Source: Lachnospiraceae bacterium
Lineage (GTDB): Bacteria > Bacillota > Clostridia > Lachnospirales > Lachnospiraceae
Length of the DNA: 64,000 nt
Direction: 5' to 3'
Assembly: GCA_045642905.1 (NCBI GenBank)
Contig: JAZUJT010000046.1
Span: 20,952 to 84,951 of the forward strand
A program made the position numbers and the translations under genes. Below, piece by piece: positions 56,782 to 64,000 of this stretch. Within the stretch, counting starts at the first letter, position 1; each line of letters begins with the position of its first letter. The notes below the pieces were generated by a model. That model was not told the DNA's origin and did not search any database. It saw only the letters and a program-made list of their open reading frames with translations.

Positions 56782-58236
56782 ATGAACGACTCAAAAGACA
56801 TTTTCTTCACTAATGATTCCGGCGATTATTTTACAAACAGACCGGTTACCATGAATGAAAACAACAACCTTCTTCAAATTGAGGAACATATGTACATTCT
56901 TGATGACGTTAAGAAGCCGAATGTATTCCGTAATATGTTTCCTTATTCCGAAGTACCCAAGATTCCTTTTAATGATCGTATCGTTCCTCACAACATGCCC
57001 AAGGATATTTTCATTACCGATACGACATTCAGAGACGGACAGCAGTCCAGAGCTCCATATACAACCGATCAGATTGTTACTATTTACGATTATCTTCACA
57101 GACTGGGCGGTCCGAACGGCATGATTCGTGCCAGCGAATTCTTCCTATACAGTAAAAAGGACAGAGATGCTGTTTATAAATGTATGGAAAGGGGCTATAA
57201 GTTCCCCGAAGTTACAAGCTGCATTCGTGCAAGCAAGGAAGACTTTAAACTTGTAAAAGATATCGGTATGAAGGAAACAGGTATTCTTGTAAGCTGTTCC
57301 GATTATCATATTTTCCTTAAGCTTAAGATGACACGTAAGGAAGCCATGGAACATTATATCAGCATTATTCGTGATTGCCTTGAAGAAGGTATTTCACCCA
57401 GATGCCATCTTGAAGATATTACAAGAGCTGATATTTACGGTTATGTTGTTCCTTTCTGTGTTGAACTTATGCGTCTTATGGATGAATACAAGATTCCGAT
57501 TAAGATTCGTGCATGCGATACATTGGGATACGGTGTAAACTTCTCGGGTGCCGTTATTCCCCGAAGCGTTCAGGGTATTATTTATGCTATTCATACTCAT
57601 GCAGGTGTTCCCAGCGAACTTATTGAATGGCATGGACATAATGACTTTTATAAAGCGGTATCCAATTCTACCACAGCTTGGCTGTACGGATGTGCCGGTA
57701 TTAATACTTCTCTTTTCGGTATCGGTGAGAGAACAGGTAATACACCTTTGGAAGCCATGGTATTCGAATACGCTCAGCTTAAAGGTCATCTTAACGGAAT
57801 GGATACAACGGTTATTACAGAGCTTGCCGAATATTATGAGAAGGAAATCGGTTATACAATTCCCGAACGTACTCCTTTCGTAGGAAAGAACTTTAATGTA
57901 ACAAGAGCGGGAATTCATGCAGACGGTTTACTTAAGAACGAAGAGATTTATAACATTTTCGATACAGAGAAATTCCTTAACAGACCTGTTGTTTGTGCGA
58001 TATCCAATACTTCCGGTCTTGCCGGAATTGCACACTGGATTAATACCAAGTACAAGCTTAAGGATGATGCTGCTCTTGATAAGAATTGTCCTTTGATTAA
58101 GAAGGTAAAGGTTTGGGTTGACGAGGAGTATGCAAACGGACGAGTTACCGTTTTGACAGACGGAGAACTTACCAAGGCTATTAAAGACGCAGCAACAGAA
58201 CTTGGAGAAACTTATTCATGGCTGGATACGATTTAA
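56782..58236 (+). CDS. Re-citrate synthase (DRE-TIM / isopropylmalate-synthase superfamily)
   Basis: ITDTTFRDGQQ, HLEDITRAD, HGHND, GIGERTGN, AGIHADG; co-transcribed with icd. Confidence 0.8.
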   Translation: MNDSKDIFFTNDSGDYFTNRPVTMNENNNLLQIEEHMYILDDVKKPNVFRNMFPYSEVPKIPFNDRIVPHNMPKDIFITDTTFRDGQQSRAPYTTDQIVTIYDYLHRLGGPNGMIRASEFFLYSKKDRDAVYKCMERGYKFPEVTSCIRASKEDFKLVKDIGMKETGILVSCSDYHIFLKLKMTRKEAMEHYISIIRDCLEEGISPRCHLEDITRADIYGYVVPFCVELMRLMDEYKIPIKIRACDTLGYGVNFSGAVIPRSVQGIIYAIHTHAGVPSELIEWHGHNDFYKAVSNSTTAWLYGCAGINTSLFGIGERTGNTPLEAMVFEYAQLKGHLNGMDTTVITELAEYYEKEIGYTIPERTPFVGKNFNVTRAGIHADGLLKNEEIYNIFDTEKFLNRPVVCAISNTSGLAGIAHWINTKYKLKDDAALDKNCPLIKKVKVWVDEEYANGRVTVLTDGELTKAIKDAATELGETYSWLDTI

Positions 58237-58916
58237 AACAGGAAGTAACAGATAAATATTCGTTGAGAGGAAGAGTATTCAACAGAATTCGTGAGGATAT
58301 TCTTTCCGGTAAATATAAGGAAAATGATGAGCTTAAGGAAATAGCCATCGGTGAAGAACTCGGTGTTTCAAGAACTCCTGTGCGCGAAGCATTCAGGCAG
58401 CTTGAACTTGAAGGCCTGATTCAGATTATTCCGAATAAGGGCGCTTATGTTACCGGTATAACGATGGAAGATGTAAAGGATATTTACATGATTCGCTCAA
58501 AGCTTGAGGGATTATGTGCGGCATGGGCTTGCGAACATATTTCCGATGAACAGCTTGAAGAAATGGAAGAAAATATTTATCTTGCAAAGTTTCATGCCGA
58601 GAGAGGTCATTTTGAACAGATGACTGAACTTGATAATCGCTTCCATGAACTTATGTATGAAGCATGTAATTCCAAAATATTACATCATTTGCTTACTGAT
58701 TTCCATCAGTATGTTCAGCGTGTAAGAAAGAGAACTCTTTCAACAATAGACAGAAGTCTTGCTTCCAATCAGGAACATCAGAACATTATGGAAGCCATTA
58801 AAGCAAGAAATCCCGAAAAGGCCGAGCATTGTGCTACGACTCATATAAACAATGCATATAAGAACATGGTCAAGAACGGGTTAAAAGAAGCTTATTCTAA
58901 CGAAACGGAAGGTTAA
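58218..58916 (+). CDS. GntR (FCD subfamily) regulator
   Basis: [17 protein letters not shown]; FCD motifs D..FH and EH..I..AI. Confidence 0.93.
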   Translation: MAGYDLKQEVTDKYSLRGRVFNRIREDILSGKYKENDELKEIAIGEELGVSRTPVREAFRQLELEGLIQIIPNKGAYVTGITMEDVKDIYMIRSKLEGLCAAWACEHISDEQLEEMEENIYLAKFHAERGHFEQMTELDNRFHELMYEACNSKILHHLLTDFHQYVQRVRKRTLSTIDRSLASNQEHQNIMEAIKARNPEKAEHCATTHINNAYKNMVKNGLKEAYSNETEG

Positions 58917-58923
58917 TGATTTA

Positions 58924-60120
58924 ATGAGTAAAATTTTAATGACAACTCCTCTTGTAGAAATGGACGGAGATGAAATGACAAGAATACTTTGGAAGATGAT
59001 TAAGGATGAATTGATTCTTCCCTATGTAGACTTGAAGACCGAATATTACGATCTCGGTCTTGAAAATCGTAACAATACCAATGATGAAGTTACCAGGGAA
59101 AGCGCTCTCGCGACATTAAAGTATGGTGTTGCTGTTAAATGTGCGACTATTACTCCCAATGCCGCCAGAGTTGAAGAATATCACTTAAAGGAAATGTGGA
59201 AGAGCCCCAACGGCACCATTCGTTCAATTCTTGACGGTACTGTTTTCAGAGCTCCTATTGTTGTAAACGGTATCAAGCCTGTTGTAAATAATTGGGAAAA
59301 GCCCATTACGCTTGCAAGACATGCTTACGGCGATGTTTATAAGAATACGGAAATGAAGATTGACGGTCCCGGTAAGGCTGAGCTTGTATTTACTGCCGAA
59401 GACGGAACAGAGACAAGAGCATTAATTCATGAATTCAAGGGTCCCGGTGTATTACAGGGTATTCACAACACAATAGCTTCCATTACAAGCTTTGCTTATG
59501 CATGCTTTAATTACGCACTTGAGACAAAGCAGGATTTGTGGTTTGCCACAAAGGATACTATTTCCAAAAAATATGATCACACTTTCAAAGATATCTTTGC
59601 TGATATTTATGAGAATGAATACAAAGAAAAATTCGAAGCAGCCGGTATTACTTATTTCTACACATTGATTGATGATGCCGTAGCTCGTGTCATGAAGGAA
59701 AAAGGCGGATTTATCTGGGCTTGCAAAAACTATGACGGTGACGTTATGAGTGATATGGTTTCATCTGCATTCGGTTCTCTTTCGATGATGACAAGTGTTC
59801 TTGTTTCACCTAAGGGAGTATTCGAATACGAAGCTGCTCATGGTACAATTCAGAAGCATTATTACAGATACTTAAAGGGAGAGGAAGCCAAGTCTAATCC
59901 TGTTGCTTCAATTTTCGCATGGAGCGGCGCACTCAAAAAGCGCGGTGAGCTTGATAACCTTCCGGAACTTACAGCATTCGGCGATAAACTTGAAAAAGCG
60001 GTAATTGATACGATTGAAAGCGGTGTTATGACTGCCGACCTTTCAAGAATGTGTTCACTTAATGATGTTAAGACGGTTAATACTCTTGATTTCTTTAAGG
60101 CAATCAGAGAAAGACTTTAA
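58924..60120 (+). CDS. icd: NADP-dependent isocitrate dehydrogenase
   Basis: [33 protein letters not shown]. Confidence 0.96.
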   Translation: MSKILMTTPLVEMDGDEMTRILWKMIKDELILPYVDLKTEYYDLGLENRNNTNDEVTRESALATLKYGVAVKCATITPNAARVEEYHLKEMWKSPNGTIRSILDGTVFRAPIVVNGIKPVVNNWEKPITLARHAYGDVYKNTEMKIDGPGKAELVFTAEDGTETRALIHEFKGPGVLQGIHNTIASITSFAYACFNYALETKQDLWFATKDTISKKYDHTFKDIFADIYENEYKEKFEAAGITYFYTLIDDAVARVMKEKGGFIWACKNYDGDVMSDMVSSAFGSLSMMTSVLVSPKGVFEYEAAHGTIQKHYYRYLKGEEAKSNPVASIFAWSGALKKRGELDNLPELTAFGDKLEKAVIDTIESGVMTADLSRMCSLNDVKTVNTLDFFKAIRERL

Positions 60121-60148
60121 TTTTTCTTTTTATAATCAAAAAAGATTT

Positions 60149-60194
60149 TGCACCTTATTTGTCCGATTTATGGCAAGTAAGGTGCATTTTTTTT
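60149..60194 (+). terminator. Terminator after icd
   Basis: TGCACCTTATTTGTC/GGCAAGTAAGGTGCA plus T8. Confidence 0.85.
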
Positions 60195-60281
60195 AACAAT
60201 GTCCGAATATCAATGTTCAATATAATCAAATATATTGTATAAAAACGTTATTTTTTCATGCCTTTTCATACTATAAATTGA

Positions 60282-60311
60282 TTGACGCGAAATTAACAAT
60301 AATATTATAAT
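60282..60311 (+). promoter_or_regulatory. Sigma-A promoter of rex
   Basis: TTGACG-18-TATAAT. Confidence 0.65.
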
Positions 60312-60374
60312 AAATCTATTATAGGGATTTTGTTCCCTGTAGAACATATTAGTATGGTCGGAGAATTTGTGTTT

Positions 60375-61028
60375 ATGGATAAAGAATTTGACGAGAAGAA
60401 TATATCACAGGCGGTTATCAGCAGACTTCCCAGATATTTTCGATATCTTGGCGAACTTAAGGACTCGAATGTCGAACGAATTTCTTCTCAGGAATTAAGT
60501 GAATTGATGAAGGTTACCGCTTCACAAATCAGACAGGATTTTAACAATTTCGGTGGATTTGGTCAGCAGGGATATGGCTACAGAGTAAATTATCTTTATG
60601 ATGAGATAGCCAAGATTCTCGGACTTGATAAGACGCACCATCTTATTATTGTCGGTGCGGGCAATCTCGGTCAGGCTTTGGCCAATTATATGAATTTTGA
60701 AAGAAGAGGTTTTCATTTTAAGGGTATTTTTGACTGCAATGAAGAACTTCACGGTAAAAAGATACGTGACATGTATGTTCAGCCCATGGAGAATCTTGAA
60801 TCATTTGTAAAGGATAATGATATAGATATTGCCGTACTTACGATTCCCAAGACAAGTGCCGTTGCGGTTGCCGAACAGCTTGTTAATTACGGAGTAAAGG
60901 CATTTTGGAACTTTGCTCATATAGATTTAAATGTTCCCAAGGAAATTGTTGTTGAGAACGTTCATTTGTCGGATTCTTTATTAAAACTTTCATATACAAT
61001 TAATTGTAATGGTGAAAAGTATGAATAA
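60375..61028 (+). CDS. rex: Redox-sensing transcriptional repressor Rex
   Basis: RLPRYFR.L, ISSQEL, SQIRQD...FG.FGQQGYGY, GAGNLG, WNFA; ATG 60375 after GGAG. Confidence 0.96.
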   Translation: MDKEFDEKNISQAVISRLPRYFRYLGELKDSNVERISSQELSELMKVTASQIRQDFNNFGGFGQQGYGYRVNYLYDEIAKILGLDKTHHLIIVGAGNLGQALANYMNFERRGFHFKGIFDCNEELHGKKIRDMYVQPMENLESFVKDNDIDIAVLTIPKTSAVAVAEQLVNYGVKAFWNFAHIDLNVPKEIVVENVHLSDSLLKLSYTINCNGEKYE

Positions 61029-61698
61029 ATCGGAAGATGATTTTAAAAAGGCTTTAGAGGGAAAGAAAATCCCTATTTTGACGTTGGATAATACGTGGCA
61101 CAGACTGTTTACGCAGACCGATCCGACGCCTGAAATTGCGGAACTTGAAGAAGAACTTAATAATCTTTTGAAGCAGCAGGGTAAGATTAATACCCAGACC
61201 AAAGAAATCCGTGCACTCAAGAAGAAGCTTATGGACGAAATTGTTTCATTAATGGATGAGATTTCAAACGGAAATTCCAAGAAGGCCCAAAAGAAACTTG
61301 ACGATAATAAGCGACTTATCGAAGAATGCAATCAAAAGCTTGAAGAAAACGGTGACGAGGGATATGATTTGCCTGCGAAAATCGATGAGACCAATTATCG
61401 GTTAATGCTTAAAACCATGGAAGTATGCTATGAGCAGATTCAGGATAATAACGAAGAAATTGAGGAAATCAGTAAATGGGTCAATGAAATTCGTGTAGAG
61501 CTCAAGAAGAAGGTTGTAAGAAAGCAACAGAAGATTAATCGTAATCAGAACTTCTACACTTATATGCACAATATTTTCGGAGCTGATGTGATCGATATAT
61601 TCGATATGAAATATAATGTTAAACCTTTAAGCTCGGAACCGTTTAAGCCTGATGCTTCTTCCAATGAAGTAATTGAGGAACCAAAGGATACTGTATGA
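61021..61698 (+). CDS. Coiled-coil hypothetical protein
   Basis: IPILTLDN.WH N-terminus, long heptad E/K-rich helix, YTYMH.IFG.DVIDIFD; overlaps rex stop. Confidence 0.8.
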   Translation: MNKSEDDFKKALEGKKIPILTLDNTWHRLFTQTDPTPEIAELEEELNNLLKQQGKINTQTKEIRALKKKLMDEIVSLMDEISNGNSKKAQKKLDDNKRLIEECNQKLEENGDEGYDLPAKIDETNYRLMLKTMEVCYEQIQDNNEEIEEISKWVNEIRVELKKKVVRKQQKINRNQNFYTYMHNIFGADVIDIFDMKYNVKPLSSEPFKPDASSNEVIEEPKDTV

Positions 61699-63242
61699 AA
61701 AATGTTCTGTCCGCTTCCAACATGAAGCTTCTTGAACAAAATACAATAGAATATTTGGGAATTGACGCAGCTGTTTTGATGGAGCGTGCCGCTTATTGCG
61801 TTGCGGAATATATAATAAATAATTTTCCGTCGGATTCATCTGTATTAATTCTTTCCGGAACGGGAAACAATGGTGCGGACGGTCTTTGCGTTTCACGTAT
61901 TCTTTCGGAACGTGGTTATTCTTCGGATATTTATATTTTGAAAGGTCATAAGAGTACCGCTCTTTTTGAAAAGCAAAAGGCTGTATTGGATAAGCTTTCG
62001 GCTTCATTTGTTGAGGATGTAAAGCCTTGTTATGATATTTATGTTGATGCTCTTACGGGCATAGGATATTCATATCGTAAAGACGATGATTTCTTTGCAT
62101 TAATTGAAAAGATAAATTCTTATAATGGCTTTAAAATCAGTCTGGATATTCCTTCCGGAACAGATGCGACAACAGGAGAAGTTAATGAGACTGCTTTTTG
62201 CGCTGATGTTGTTTTTTCTTTTGGCGCATATAAATCGGGATTGTTCAAGGGCAAGGCAGTTGACTATTACAAAAAGTTATATCTGGTGCCTGCGGGAATT
62301 TTTGATTTTGATAAAATTTATGATTATAAAATTCCGGAATCAAAGGATATTTTGAAAATATTGCCGAAGCGTGCAGCTTCATCCAATAAAGGAACTTACG
62401 GTAAGGTTCTTATTGTGGCGGGCAGCAATAAATCGTGCGGTTGTGCGATCCTTTCGGCTGTTGCAGCTTTTAAAGCAGGTGCCGGAATGGTTAAGATTGT
62501 TACACATGCCGGTAATAAGGAAGCTGTATACAGCGCCTGTCCGGATGTGATGGCTTCTTTTTACGATGATGGTTGTAATGATTTGTTCTTTAAGGAATTT
62601 ACTTATGACATGTCATGGGCCGATTGTGTTGTTATCGGACCCGGTATCGGCATAAATGATTTTTCAAAGTCATTTTTGGATATGGTTTTGGAGAATAAAT
62701 CAAACGTTTTGTTTGATGCGGATGCAATTAATTGTTTGGCCGAAGATGAAGCTCTTTTAAAGAAGTTTCTTAAAAAGGCATCGGATGAAAACCCGGTTTA
62801 TGTTATTACGCCTCATAAGGCGGAAAGCAAAAGACTTTTGGACAGCATGGAAAAGCTGAATTCAAAGATTAAATGCCTTGATGACTTGGCATCTTTATAC
62901 GGAGTAATTTGTGTGGACAAAGACTCCAGGACGAGAACTTTGGGAAATGCCGTTAAATACATTAATCCGTCCGGAAACGACGGCTTATCGGTTGCAGGGT
63001 CGGGAGATGTGCTTTCGGGTATTTTGGGAGCCTATTTTGCTTTTGCCGTTAAAAACAATTTGCTTAACGGCATAACGGAAATGGTCGCCGCGGGTGTTTA
63101 CGTACATGGTTTTTGCGCAGACCATATCAGCAAATCGGTTGATAAATCGTCAATTATGGCTTCCGATTTATCTTCCAATATTCCGATGATTTATAAGGAA
63201 CTTTTAAAAGACGGTGAAGACCTTTATTTATCATATTATTAA
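61695..63242 (+). CDS. nnr: Bifunctional NAD(P)HX epimerase/dehydratase (YjeF)
   Basis: LMERAA, GNNGADG, DIPSG; KGTYG, IGPGIG, DADA, ITPH, AGSGDVLSG. Confidence 0.92.
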   Translation: MKNVLSASNMKLLEQNTIEYLGIDAAVLMERAAYCVAEYIINNFPSDSSVLILSGTGNNGADGLCVSRILSERGYSSDIYILKGHKSTALFEKQKAVLDKLSASFVEDVKPCYDIYVDALTGIGYSYRKDDDFFALIEKINSYNGFKISLDIPSGTDATTGEVNETAFCADVVFSFGAYKSGLFKGKAVDYYKKLYLVPAGIFDFDKIYDYKIPESKDILKILPKRAASSNKGTYGKVLIVAGSNKSCGCAILSAVAAFKAGAGMVKIVTHAGNKEAVYSACPDVMASFYDDGCNDLFFKEFTYDMSWADCVVIGPGIGINDFSKSFLDMVLENKSNVLFDADAINCLAEDEALLKKFLKKASDENPVYVITPHKAESKRLLDSMEKLNSKIKCLDDLASLYGVICVDKDSRTRTLGNAVKYINPSGNDGLSVAGSGDVLSGILGAYFAFAVKNNLLNGITEMVAAGVYVHGFCADHISKSVDKSSIMASDLSSNIPMIYKELLKDGEDLYLSYY

Positions 63243-63344
63243 GCGATGATTTCTTGACTGAAGCATTGAATAAATGATAAAATATATTATTGTGAATTTT
63301 TATATATATTTGTTTGGCTTTTATATTTTTAGGGAGTATTTCAG

Positions 63345-64000
63345 TTGATTTTTAAAAAGAAAGATAACAGAAAAACCGAAAGTGATGTAATTGAAAACGA
63401 GTTGATTTCAATTATTAATGAAGGTCACGAGCAGGGAGTTTTGGAAACTTCCGAAGCGGTTATGTTAAATAACATTTTTGATTTTGTTGATAAGCAGGTT
63501 GGCAATATTATGACTAACAGAAGTAATATTGTCGCAATTGATAAGAATACATTGCTTATCGATGCTTTGAATTTTATGCTGGGCCAGTCATTTTCAAGAT
63601 ATCCCGTATTTGATGAAAATCTCGACAGCATTATCGGAATTTTGTATTTGAAGGATACGATGCGGTTTCATGCCAAGGATGAATCTTTGAATCTTCCGAT
63701 TTATCAGATTAAGAACCTTATTCGTAAGCCCATGATTGTGCCCGAGACAATGAATATTAATGAACTGTTCAAGGCGATGCAGTCGAGAAAGACTCAGATG
63801 GCCATGGTTATTGACGAATACGGTCAGACTACCGGTCTTGTTGCCATGGAAGACATTCTTGAAGAGATTGTCGGAAATATTATGGATGAATATGATGTCG
63901 AAGAGCGTCATATTCACAAAAAGGGTAAAGACAGTTTTATTATTGACGGTACGACTGCTTTATCGGAAATTGAACAGAAATTGCATATTTCTTTTGACGT
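63345..64000 (+). CDS. CBS-pair / CorC-HlyC domain protein (3' end outside window)
   Basis: TTG start after AGGGAG with in-frame stop just upstream; EL..II.EGHEQG.L, IMT.R, FSRYPV, VPET, VIDEYGQTTGLV.MED.LEEIVG.I.DEYD; no N-terminal TM domain. Confidence 0.85.
   Translation, partial: MIFKKKDNRKTESDVIENELISIINEGHEQGVLETSEAVMLNNIFDFVDKQVGNIMTNRSNIVAIDKNTLLIDALNFMLGQSFSRYPVFDENLDSIIGILYLKDTMRFHAKDESLNLPIYQIKNLIRKPMIVPETMNINELFKAMQSRKTQMAMVIDEYGQTTGLVAMEDILEEIVGNIMDEYDVEERHIHKKGKDSFIIDGTTALSEIEQKLHISFD

Noticed and set aside
6560-57230. Single-residue departures from remembered motifs (OadA LIPTRM versus LIATRM; citrate synthase VTSCIRA versus VTSWIRA) as signs of pseudogenisation
   Set aside because: Reading frames and catalytic motifs are intact; natural variation or base-calling error cannot be separated without reads or alignments
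56782-58236. Annotation as leuA (2-isopropylmalate synthase)
   Set aside because: No leu genes nearby, no LeuA regulatory domain evident, and operonic with icd, which favours Re-citrate synthase
183-63917. The many short antisense or alternate-frame ORFs in the ORF track (e.g. 13969-14532, 57394-57918, 45969-46406)
   Set aside because: They lie within well-supported genes, lack RBS or family motifs, and look like shadow ORFs
1-64000. CRISPR array, tRNA/rRNA, IS/transposase, integrase or prophage
   Set aside because: No spaced direct-repeat array, RNA-gene signature or mobile-element protein seen; intergenic gaps are short and mostly explained by promoters and terminators

Overview
A 64-kb, AT-rich, almost entirely plus-strand chromosomal window from a Clostridia-type Firmicute. 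Gene content and order suggest Lachnospiraceae (inference). Most of it is core genome: rpsU 3' end, scpAB, a hybrid acyl-CoA-carboxyltransferase / Na+-pumping oxaloacetate decarboxylase operon, cmk-ispH-rpsA-cheR, rnfCDGEAB with a convergent apbE, xseAB, cstA, thrC, deoC, PEP carboxykinase, truA, a likely 6S RNA, queA, an LTA synthase, EF-G II, a class B sortase with two large BspA-type LRR substrates, Re-citrate synthase-gntR-icd, rex-nnr and a CBS/CorC protein cut by the window end. I saw no CRISPR array, tRNA, rRNA, IS element or prophage. The most unusual signals are: (1) a sortase-B substrate pair in which one protein has an HFS autoproteolysis-like motif just above its wall anchor while its paralogue has HTG; (2) an AP2 / catalytically dead HNH / AP2 protein resembling a domesticated homing endonuclease; (3) a divergent Rnf operon whose RnfE carries a Cys cluster and a ~255-aa charged tail; (4) a DUF5710-like domain fused to XseA and a GH25 lacking its catalytic acids; (5) an identical TVSGNNI peptide (20 nt identical) in two unrelated surface proteins. 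All family calls come from motif recognition by eye; no database searches were run.
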